64,000 nucleotides of DNA from Laetmonice hystrix (lineage: Eukaryota). This document shows, piece after piece, positions 45,604 to 56,331 of this stretch. Within the stretch, counting starts at the first letter, position 1. Every line of letters begins with the position of its first letter. The translations under genes and the position numbers were made by a program. Where the stretch lies: positions 17,236,001 to 17,300,000 of the forward strand of contig OZ249446.1 of assembly GCA_965235115.1 (NCBI GenBank), read 5' to 3'. The notes beneath the pieces are model-generated. The model did no database searches and was not told where the DNA came from. It was given only the letters and a program-made list of their open reading frames with translations.

Positions 45604-46471
45604 TGTGAGGACACCTGTGTTATAAACCGAGATAGACGAGTGGGGCTTATGAAGTGAGGACAACTCGGGGTTTTAAGTTGAAACACATTTTGATACACAG
45701 TGACACCCTAACATAACATCATTTAATTAACATTCAGTGACACCCTAACACCAATAATCTAATTAACAAGTCCAGCAGAGAAAGTCCCTGACTGGAAACT
45801 GAGTCCTCACTGGACTCCGGATTCCGCTCAATTGGCTGTCTTCAGATGGTCCCCAGAACGTAACCACACCAGGTCCCCAGACGTTTCACACACACGCCGT
45901 TCCGAGTCACACTATACACTGGCCTACACATCATTGAGGCTACCCGCGCCCCTCACCGCGTCCCGAGTCACACCCTATTCTGGCTTACACGTTCCTGGGC
46001 CCACCCGGCTTCCCTCACTGCGTCGTATCGTCGCCCTGGGCCTCCAGAAACTGAGGGCTCCCACCGGATCACCCGGCGCCCTTCTCGCAGCGTCCCCACT
46101 CACACCAGCCCGTCGACCCAACGATGAGGCCTACGACCAGTCTGCCCCAGTAAGTCTACGGGTCGCAGCCTTGGTCACCCGGCGCCCTGCTGCAGACATC
46201 TGTCTCTAACCCGTCTGGCCGTTCTACACTCACTGACTCCGTGGCCCGACTCCCCGTCTGGTGTTCATACGTCTGGACCCCACTAGCGACTGGCCCTGAA
46301 TCTATCACAGGCCGCCCTTATAAAGGCCTCCGGCCCCTAAAGTTGGCTGTCTGTCCACTCAAACTCTGCCTCGTCCATGTTTCACAGCAGTGCCTCGTGT
46401 CACGGACGAGCACAGTCGATCCTGACGTTGACCTTGGTCAGATTGGATCTGTCAGATTGGAATTTGTAACA
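45604..46471 (-). mobile_element. 3' LTR of a Ty3/Gypsy element
   Basis: On the minus strand it begins TGTTACA directly after the polypurine tract AAGAGAGAAGGGA and plausibly ends CCTCACA at 45604. There is an internal TATAA at 46322-46318. The left boundary is inferred, and no partner 5' LTR was seen. Confidence 0.65.
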
Positions 46472-46527
46472 TCCCTTCTCTCTTGGGGGAAAAAAGTCCA
46501 TACAGACTTCCGCCTTAACTTTCCTAC

Positions 46528-47330
46528 TTAAGCTTTTAACAAAGCATCTGCATTACAATGGGTCTTACCCGATTTATGACGAATGGTCGTCATGTACTGT
46601 TGAAGGATAAGACTCCATCTCAACATTTTTTGATTGGACTCCTTCACTCGATGTAGCCAAACCAAGGAATTGTGGTCGGTTTCCACAACAAATTCCCTGC
46701 CATAGAGATATAGTCTTAGCAATTCTACTGCCCAAACTAAAGCAAGACACTCTTTCTCTAAAGTTGCTAATGACTGCTCATGGGTAAGCAACTTCTGACC
46801 GCAACGACTGGATGCTCCAAGGTATCCACTCCAGTCTGCGACAGAACAGCACCCAATCCACGTTCCGAAGCGTCTAAATGCACTGCAAATGGCCGATCAA
46901 AGTCAGGCAAATTCAGAATTGGCTCATTTGTCAAAGCTTTTCGAAGTGCCTGGAAGGCATCTTCACAAGCCTTGGTCCACTTGACCTTGCTTGGTTGTCT
47001 TTTCTTTGTTAAGTCACTCAGCGCTGCTGCTTTTTCCGAAAAGTTTGGAATGAACCGCCTGTAGTACCCTACCAGGCCCAACAACGACTTTACCTGTTTC
47101 TTAGTGTTTGGCCTAGGAAACAATCTAATTGCCTCGCCTTTAGCCTGCAATGGCCTTTCCAATAACACACTTACCCGCTCTGGCCACCAAATCTGCTGTT
47201 TTTAAGTCTCTCCGTGCAGAAACTGGCCTTACAAGCTTGAGGTATTCGATATCCTCTCTGCCTAATTGCCTGATTCTCGTGAGTCTTGATGGAATGAACT
47301 GCTGCAAAACTTTACACCTCACCTCCAGTC
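46528..47330 (-). mobile_element. Ty3/Gypsy pol remnant (RT thumb/linker plus RNase H), frameshifted, with the RT core and integrase deleted
   Basis: VKSLLGLVGYYRRFIPNFS, WT..CEDAFQALR..LT..PIL..PDFDRPF..HLDAS..GLGAVLSQ, EKECLA.VWAV....YLYGREF..ETDH..L.WL, RW.L.LQQY and NADAL. Frameshift near 46790. Confidence 0.95.
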
Positions 47331-47347
47331 CGGCGTACCTTCACTTG

Positions 47348-47470
47348 GGAACGTCCACGTCTTCACGACTGCCGCCTTAACTTATATGGGAACGTACACG
47401 TCTTCACGACTGCCGCCTTAACTTATATAGGAACGTCCACGTCTTCACGACTGCCGCCTTATCTTATATG
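47348..47470. repeat. 41-bp tandem repeat x3
   Basis: Unit GGAACGTCCACGTCTTCACGACTGCCGCCTTAACTTATATG, starting at 47348, 47389 and 47430. Confidence 0.9.
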
Positions 47471-48306
47471 TATTATAGACGAGCATAGGAATTCACATCA
47501 ATGCTTTGTAGATAATAGAAAAACTATAATATTTTATTACCCTGTCTAGGTGGGGCAGGTGGGGCAGGATATCAGACGTGATGTATGCAGACCATCGGTA
47601 CCATTACAGAGAATCAGCGGTGTTCAAAGAGCCTACATTTCACAATGTTCATGCAGAAACTAAACTCCTTTTTTCTGGGGGGGGGGGGGGTCCTGATATA
47701 GAGCTCTTCATGATATCGCCTTTACATAATGGTACACAAAATTCTTTCATCTTTTCTTTGCAGTCCCTTTTCGTTTGTGTGTTTCCAGTCATTATGGAAG
47801 GAGTTAGTAAAAATTAATTCAGAGTGTTTTCCTTGGTTTGCTGTCGATGATTTATATGGAGTCGTATCTGAAGTGATTCGTTTTACTATGGGCCGAATAT
47901 CTGCAATTCTTTTGCATTATAACTTATGACTCGGACATCATCATCTGCTGAATAAAAGTACCAACGAAATCCCATACCTATCAAACATGCATGTTCTCAG
48001 ATTGACTGTACATATAGTTGGCAATGTTCCTTGATCTCCGTATAATAAGTCGTTGTCTAGTTCGAGGCTATGACAGCGACGGAAACCTGTTTTTGTTAGA
48101 TGTCACGAGGGTAAAGAAAAGACAGATGATTAGACCTTTATTCAATGAACATCAAGCAGTAGGAGATGTCCGATCCATAAGTTATAATGGAAGGAGCCAC
48201 GCTATGTTATAACAAGGTCGTGTTTTGGGTAGCTAATTAATAGGGTAAATTATATTAATTAAATAACTAGAAAGGGTTTTAGGGCTAGTACATCAGCATC
48301 CGGTGG

Positions 48307-48500
48307 AAGTACATCTGCACTGAGTGTAAAGGTTATCCGATAGAGTAGTTATTTGGTGAAAGTACATCTGCACTGAGTGTAAAGGTTATCCGATAGATTA
48401 GTTATTTGGTGAAAGTACATCTGGACTGAGTGTAAAGGTTATCCGATAGAGTGGTTATCTGGTGAAAGTACATCCGCACTTTGTATGGAAGTTATCCGGT
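48307..48500. repeat. 53-bp tandem repeat x3.5
   Basis: Unit AAGTACATCTGCACTGAGTGTAAAGGTTATCCGATAGAGTAGTTATTTGGTGA, starting at 48307, 48360, 48413 and 48466. Confidence 0.9.
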
Positions 48501-48594
48501 AAAGAGTGCACTTAGTTCAGAATAACAAGTTTGATAGACAGAGTTCCGCAAAAACCGGACATGTCTCGACTGGATGGATCAATCAGGTGCTAGT

Positions 48595-49113
48595 GGGAAA
48601 ACCCAAAGCCATCATGTGATGAGCACATGATACTGGGGAAACCTCTGCGGCGGCCAATCAGAGACAGATGGGGAAACCCCAGGCCCTGGTTTTTAGTTTG
48701 CAAACCGAGTCTTAAGATTCAAATCTTAAGACTGGACTCTTGTTTCAGAGCTTCTGATTGGTCCTTCAAATGAAGTCAGCCAATGAGAGACCATAACACA
48801 TGTCAGTCTTAAAATTCCGGTCTTCAGATTGGTAAAATGACGAACTAAAAACCGAGCCCTGGAGTCATGTGAGAAGCACATGATGCTGGAGAAACCCAGC
48901 AGGGACCAATCAGAAACGAATAGGGAAAACCCAAGAGCGCCACTAGCGCCTAATTGGAGGATTAGTGGGGAAACCCCATCACATGATGATGAGGTAATGT
49001 CTAAAAAAAGTGGCATACGTAATGGTCTAAAAATAGCTCTCTATAAATATAAGGGGGAAAGTGACTGACTATAAAGGGGGCAGGCTTAGCTGCTAAGGCC
49101 ACACTCATCACTT
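48595..49113 (+). promoter_or_regulatory. Cluster of Rel/NF-kB-like sites, CCAAT boxes and two TATA boxes
   Basis: GGGAAAACCC (48595, 48923), GGGGAAACCCC (48670, 48967), GGGGAAACCT (48635), CCAAT (48654, 48780, 48906), TATAAA (49042, 49070). Confidence 0.5.
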
Positions 49114-49412
49114 GCTGTAATACTCGGCGCAACAAAGAAGTATCTTCAAAACAGAAACTGCTGTTGTCGTTTTTTGGGTCCACTCATCTACTAATGTACT
49201 ATGTATGTATGACAATCTCGGACCCATCCCAACTTACAACACAGAGAACGAACCGTGTATGTCTGGGAGTGTCACAACTGCCATTCATGATTCATGACAT
49301 ATTGACCAACGGCAACGTGGAATTTGCATTGCCATTTAGCCACGCGATGGGCACCTATGGATGTCTCCGTGGACCATGTCGACTGTACTAGTCTCTGTAA
49401 ACGCTGTGTCAC

Positions 49413-49834
49413 CGGGCGCGAATCCAGGATTTCTTGAAGAGTGGGGTTCAGGGACTTTTCAAAGGGCACCTACCTACAAAACAGGCACGGATACAGCACT
49501 GCAACGGGGAGACGCCCTCAAGCGCCAAAGGCTGAGGCGGACATCTGCAGGGAAGGGCCTGGACACCTCCCCCAGAACATTTTTGAATTTAGAAGGCAAA
49601 AAAACCCCCGCTATTTCCTGGCATCTGGAGATAGAAATTGTGGCAGAATGCGAAAATTTCTCAAAACATTTAGGCCTAGCCTACCAATAATTTTGTCACT
49701 TCTTCAAAAAAGGAGAGCGTGCGCCCCTGCACCCGCCCCCTTTGATTCGCGCCTGCAAAGGTTAGCCAAGAAGGGCACTTTGGAGCCCAAGGGGGGTCCA
49801 ACCCCCGACTCCCCCCCCCCCCGATCCGCGCCTG
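49413..49834. mobile_element. hAT-like MITE with an imperfect 6-bp TSD
   Basis: TIRs CGGGCGCGAATC and GATCCGCGCCTG. Flanks TGTCAC and TATCAC. Confidence 0.65.
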
Positions 49835-49923
49835 TATCACGAAATGAATCGTTAACCCTTTCCAGGCCCCCTATTATTTTGCAATATCTAATTAATTATA
49901 CTTATTAATTATACTGACACAAA

Positions 49924-50980
49924 TATATTTGGTTTATTTGTGGCAATGTTTGCCCGAGTTCTGCCAGCACCACTGCTTGTGTTGTGTCTGTGTCTACAGT
50001 TATATTTGGTTTATTTGTGGCAATGTTTGCCCGAGTTCTACCAGCACCACTGCTTGTGTTGTGCCTGTGTCTACAGTTATATTTGGTTTATTTGTGGCAA
50101 TGTTTGCCCGAGTTCTGCCAGCACCACTGCTTGTGTTGTGCCTGTGTCTACAGTTATATGGCGGTCTATTTGTGGCAATGTTTGCCCGAGTTCTGCCAGC
50201 ACCACTGCTTGTGTTGTGTCTGTGTCTACAGTTATATTTGGTTTATTTGTGGCAATGTTTGCCCGAGTTCTCCCAGCACCACTGCTTGTGTTGTGCCTGT
50301 GTCTACAGTTATATTTGGTTTATTTGTGGCAATGTTTGCCCGAGTTCTGCCAGCACCACTGCTTGTGTTGTGCCTGTGTCTACAGTTATATGGCGGTCTA
50401 TTTGTGGCAATGTTTGCCCGAGTTCTACCAGCACCACTACTTGTGTTGTGCCTGTGTCTACAGTTATATTTGGTTTATTTGTGGCAATGTTTGCCCGAGT
50501 TCTGCCAGCACCACTGCTTATGTTGTGCCTGTGTCTACAGTTATATTTGGTTTATTTGTGGCAATGTTTGCCCGAGTTCTGCCAGCACCACTGCTTATGT
50601 TGTGCCTGTGTCTACAGTTATATTTGGTTTATTTGTGGCAATGTTTGCCCGAGTTCTGCCAGCACCACTGCTTGTGTTGTGCCTGTGTCTACAGTTATAT
50701 TTGGTTTATTTGTGGCAATGTTTGCCCGAGTTCTGCCAGCACCACTGCTTGTGTTGTGCCTGTGTCTACAGTTATATTTGGTTTATTTGTGGCAATGTTT
50801 GCCCGAGTTCTGCCAGCACCACTGCTTGTGTTGTGCCTGTGTCTACAGTTATATTTGGTGTATTTGTGGCAATGTTTGCCCGAGTTCTGCCAGCACCACT
50901 GCTTGTGTTGTGCCTGTGTCTACAGTTATATGGCGGTCTATTTGTGGCAATATTTGCCCGAGCTCTGCCAGCACCACTTT
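49924..50980. repeat. 77/78-bp minisatellite, about 13.5 copies
   Basis: Unit TTATATTTGGTTTATTTGTGGCAATGTTTGCCCGAGTTCTGCCAGCACCACTGCTTGTGTTGTGCCTGTGTCTACAG. A 78-bp GGCGGTCTA variant occurs at about 50160, 50392 and 50932. Confidence 0.97.
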
Positions 50981-51699
50981 TAATACTTAGGCCCCTTACC
51001 TAATATAGACTACATACTTCTAATCATGTTAACTAGTTTTCTTGCTGAATTGACGTAAACGGCAATGTAAAAGATTATACACTGCGACACGGGCCGACCC
51101 GATGTCACACCATCCATAGGCCTATCAAATCTACGTAAGCGTATAGCTAAAATCGCCACGTGTGTGACCGGTTTAACATTGAAAGTAAGCCGTGTGTAGA
51201 CCTCTATGATGCCCTGGACAGACGGTGGGAGTTCCACTGACTTGTATTAGAATTAAACTTCCTGGTTGTCGCTGACCCCTGGAGGAGACAGACTCTAGCC
51301 TACCTATATATAGGCCTACACCTGCCTGAATCTTCCCACAGATCATAGCGACCGTTTCACATGACATTGGATTGTAGCTATCCGTAAATATTAGAGGCAT
51401 TTAGGTCCCAACCGTGACTGCCAAAACTTCGTTATAATCATTTCTTGCTAGAGAACCTTTCTGTATACTTTGAAGTATTACATAAAGTGACAGCTCATGG
51501 CTCATAGTGACTTACATCACACGTGGCTCTGAGCCATCCTCGTCTGACTGCATGCTCCAGTTAACCGCCACAGATCTAGGCCCTATGCCAACCGTTAACT
51601 GTGAGGACACATTTCTTCCTTGTCTGTGGTTCATCCGCGAGTTGAGATCACGGTTTGTTTGAAATAGTATGGAAAGGTACGAGTAGGGCATACCATATC

Positions 51700-51885
51700 C
51701 AGGCCCGTAATTTCTATCAAATTATTGAGGGGGCTAGATAATTTCCATTGAATTATTGAGGGGGCTCGACGAACAGAACCAAGGTTCTCCCTAGTAAATT
51801 AGGATAATTATTAGGCAACACTGAAAATATTGGGGGGGGGGGGCTTAAGCCCCTAGCCCCCCCCCCCCCAAGAATTACGGCCCTG
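51700..51885. mobile_element. hAT-like MITE with 5-bp TSD ATATC
   Basis: TIRs CAGGCCCGTAATT and AATTACGGCCCTG. ATATC at 51695-51699 and 51886-51890. Confidence 0.9.
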
Positions 51886-52003
51886 ATATCTGTTGATATA
51901 TAACCACAATGAATGCAATATTGGTTTTCTTTGTGGTAAATTGAACCATGCAGTGAATTAACGTTGCATCAATGTTGCTTCACTGCACTCGCTAAGTGAC
52001 CTA

Positions 52004-52612
52004 AAGCCTAGGTCCACTGCAACGTTTCGGTTGCGTTTGCTGGCGGTTCTTGACGGCCGACGGCGGCGCGTTTTTACCGTCACATAAACGCTGAGCAGAC
52101 GCCACGTTGTGGTCAGCTGCACGCACGTCATTTTCAGCAGATCCACCAACGTTTACTGGCGGCTACCTGGCGGTATGCTTGGTAGTAGCATATTGCATCA
52201 CGACCAATCAGCGAGCAGCTTGAATTTAGTGCACGATGTGGAAATAACAGCAGAGGCTAGGTCTTTGGCTCAAAAATAAATTAAGATTTTTCTTAAGATT
52301 TCTAAGTATAAAGATCATATAAAGTAGGAAAAAAATACTGCCATCGATGATGCAGGTATGCGGACTTGTTGCTACTCGCCGCAAGCAACCGCCAACTCAC
52401 CGCCGATATTAAAATGATTTGATATCAGCGGTTGTGACGCCAGGTGCCCGCGAAACAACGTCACCTGAGGCTAAGCAGCCGTCACTCGAACGCAGTATCA
52501 GATCCATAGCAGCGTCTGTCCGACGGCCGTCTGACGGTCGAGTCGCCCGTCAGACGACCGTCACGAAAACGCAACATTACCGCCGCTTCTCCGTCGCAGT
52601 AGATCTAGGCTT
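52004..52612. mobile_element. PIF/Harbinger-like non-autonomous element
   Basis: TIRs AAGCCTAGGTCCACTGCAACG and CGTCGCAGTAGATCTAGGCTT, 3-bp flanks CTA and TTA, and subterminal GACGG/CCGTC repeats. Confidence 0.65.
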
Positions 52613-54455
52613 TTACTTCAAATGGCACCTATTCAGGTTAGATACCCTGTCCAAATGGATGAATGTGTCCAGAGGGAGAGATCTACGCTGAAAGGGTGCA
52701 CTAGGCCTATATAGGTCCCAGATATCGATAGTCGAGAATAATTTCCGAAGATTTAGATTTATCCGTAAGATCAGCTGGCTATATCCCCCACCAGACATAT
52801 CTACCCGTGCTGACATTAGGCCTATAACCAACCCAACCACCACAACGCCCGCCCCCTGTTTGTGCTTTCTGGAGATGTTTTCTTCTTCCTCGTTGGCGAA
52901 ACATTTTATTGGAGTGAGATCAGTAAGCCATGGATCCTAATGACAGCGACGGAGACTGTCTGTAGAAGTTACCTGTTTGGGGCGACCGTTAAAATGATTA
53001 GCACTAAAAGGATTAACACTAAAGCATGCAGAGCATAAGGATAGGCTCTTTAAGCACTGCAATCGCATCTTGTTTATTCAACTTGTTAGTATATTATTAA
53101 GTGGCCCACTCATCCTTAATCTCCTCTTCGTCGATCGATCGATGGCGCTGCGCCATCTACCGATGGCTGCGCTAACGATTGGATCCATTGATAGCGCAGC
53201 ATGCATTAGTATAATCATAATAAAACCATGCCGAGCGTAGCGAGGAAAAAAAGGAAATTTAGCCCCCCCCCCCCCATTATCAAAATCCTGGATCCCCCAC
53301 TGAAATGTTTTTTCAACCCGTAGGCCTATACAGCACAATTAGACTGTAGTGATGTGCCAGACCGGCCACGAGAAGGTCGATCTGCAGTCATCGGCCTTGC
53401 CTAAGGTTGGTCCGGTGAACAAGCCGACTTGCAGCAGCACTGAATCGTTTCATTGTTTGATACTAATGAGAAATCACATTAGCTATATAGCTAAGTGGAT
53501 TCTTTTTCCAATTGTAATCATGAACTTCTGAATACGCGTATAATGTATACATTTATGCACATTTCAGATGTGAAAATTGACGTATATTTTATAATTAGAA
53601 AGTGGGTCTATGATAATCCCATGTGCTTATTAGAAATATACATCCACAATGTATTTGTTATGACACCTTATTTGAGACATAATAATAATTATTTACCAAT
53701 AGAATTTGACAACGTGTCCACTTGCTGACCTATCCCCACCGGATGTGTCCTACATATCTGCAGGGGTCTGACATTGGACAGTATTGCACCAACTGGGAAC
53801 CAACAAGGAAGTTTAAATGTGGGCAAATCGTCTAGGCTAGGTTAACGTGACGTCCAAATACTAGTCTAGGTTACCTCGTATACCTATCCGACATGTTTAA
53901 ATAGATTATTATTATGAGGAAGAAATCCTGTTGTGTTCCACACATGTAAACACTATGTATGTACGTATAGATTCTATATTATGTTCGTCTTGTGTTGACA
54001 CGGTTAATTCAATCGGGATTTAATTAACGTATAAATTTTGATGAGTCCCCCTCCCCCTCATCTTCCGTCAATATGATATCACGAGTTCTCACCGCGTGAC
54101 AATATTAAACACGTGATCCCTATTTATAATCCTGAAGTAGATTGAGTCCAAATATAGAGAGACCTTACAGCAAGGGGCGGCGATTATGTCAAGGAGGTCA
54201 ATTCACTTAAAGCAAAAGGGTTGTTCTCGTGTGTAACCGCGATAACGTCATGTGATAGGGCCACAATCCTGAAGTGTAGGAGCGAACTTCCTTGGTTGTA
54301 AATCCCAGTCAATGGATCGAGACTGATATCGGATACATTCCTGGTGCGATGCAATATGCTACGAGTTTTAAAAAGGCGCGAAAACTTTCAGCCTTCTGAG
54401 CGAACATTTTATGTCACTGCACACGGATAAACTGCAATTCAACTCTGTTCGTTAA

Positions 54456-54795
54456 AGGGACTCCGCCAATTCCCCTCAAATATGAAACGTGCCTTACATC
54501 CTTAGCAACGTGATATTTAAATATGGCGATCAAATAAAGTCAACAAATAGGCCTATAAGAAAATTACAAGTTCAGTCCCCTGAGCACGGTTCGTGGAGAT
54601 TACAAACCACCGTCATGGCAAACTGGCGTGGCTGCGTGAAGCGAAGGAAAGCAATTACCGATGGCACACGCTGCTCCGTATTACAACTACATGCGCAGTT
54701 GTTTTGCTTCCAATTTATTAAGAGATTGCAGGTAAATCTAGGCTGTTTAATATGAGAGGGGGTCGATTTCGTGGTTTTTAATTGACGGGGCCCCT
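54456..54795. mobile_element. Kolobok-like MITE with TTAA TSD
   Basis: TTAA|AGGGACTCC ... GGGGCCCCT|TTAA. Confidence 0.55.
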
Positions 54796-56331
54796 TTAAA
54801 ATTCCCATCGAAAACACTTGATAACTTTAACGAACGGAATGTCGTGATGCCATGCAATAACCCCTGACCTCGAAACTGGTGGAAAGGAACAATAATCTAT
54901 CACTTGCACTGGACCTGACCCGAAAGGCTACGATTCTCTTGTCCTTATGACAAGCGTTATTCGAATCGCAATAAAAACAGAAAAACTATTGCCACTTTTC
55001 GTAAGTGTGCTGCATGTTACTTTCTCCAGATATCCTAATTCCTTTCAGATGACACAGTTCATTCAAGTTTAGTTCCCTCTTGGCAAATATACTTATGTAA
55101 ACATATCTTTACTTACGCTAATTTGATTTGGAACTATGCAAGTCTGCAAGTCTATTAACCTGACAATTTGCCATTATTAAAACACATCAGTAAATATTTG
55201 CGCATGTGAGTATAGGGATTTACACGAATTCGAGAAGACATGAGCAGTGAGCTGAAGATGACTATAATAAAATTAACGAACTTAATGTACATATAGGTCG
55301 GACACATGACATCCCTTGTGTGTCCCCGTTTTAAGATTACCCCGTATACAGTGTAGACACAAATATGGGACATGCATCATGCATGGTTGCCGCGCCGGCC
55401 TTCGATCGACTCGGTGTCATCTGTCAACTCACTGTACAGAACGGTGGCTACGTATGACTAACTAGGTTATTGTCCCTTCCCTGTTTTTGCATTTCTTTTT
55501 GCGCGCAATTATAGAAAGCCCTTCCGGGTTGCCGTTATTAACTGCTGGGAGGATCTCAGCTATGTTGATCATCCCAAATTTCTCAGAATTGCGCACAATG
55601 CCAGACTACAAACTTCAGAGAAAGTATGTCAATTCATAAACGATGGAGGTGAGCACTATGGAAGGTGTTGGGGGGGGGGGGTATATTTGGTATGCTTTAA
55701 GGAAATCCTTAAATGGAAGGAAATGTGGACCTAACCTGTCGTTCGCGACCACAATATTTATAACGTCTAACGTCCCTGATAACCCGTGGGCCTATTAACT
55801 GATAAAATCTCTCCGAAACAGTGGCCCTTTCCTATGCACATTTCTACTTCACTAATGAAGGCGTTTATAAGTTTGTTTGTAATTATTTTCTTCCTTCCAC
55901 CAGGCAACGCGACAGTGTACATGCATGAACGGCCAGTCTCTTCCTGGTTGTGATAAACAAGCGAGACTAGACCTATCCTCAGACCATCACAGAGTCCACA
56001 TAGTGTGCCATCGGTGGGAACACGGCCAGGGGCTCTGGCTGAGCTCAGTCTGCGCGCCGACCGTCAGAGGGCATGACGTAAAGAGCAGCGTCTCTCATTG
56101 GAAGTAACCAACCCTACTGGCGGGCCCTGGATACATTTCATTGCAACAGAGTAGGCGTAGGCCAGTATGTAGGCGTAGATTCTACGTCTATAACAGCATG
56201 GACTGTCACAACGCTGCTACCGCTGTTTGTTGAGCCCTAATCCCGTGGGCTTATTGAGCCTTAGGCCCTTATACGACAGGTTAGTAACAGGGCTATTCCT
56301 GAGGCTACATGCATGCTAGGCCTGTGTCAAA

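Noticed and set aside
49924-50980. CRISPR-like or Cys-rich protein interpretation of the regular repeat
   Set aside because: The repeats are head-to-tail with no unique spacers, there are no cas genes, and the context is eukaryotic. The 77-bp period is not codon-phased.
55904-56107. Exon-like open segment ATRQCTCMNGQSLPGC...
   Set aside because: An acceptor is present, but there is no EGF-type Cys spacing and no linked exon. It may be 5' leader of the ANK gene.
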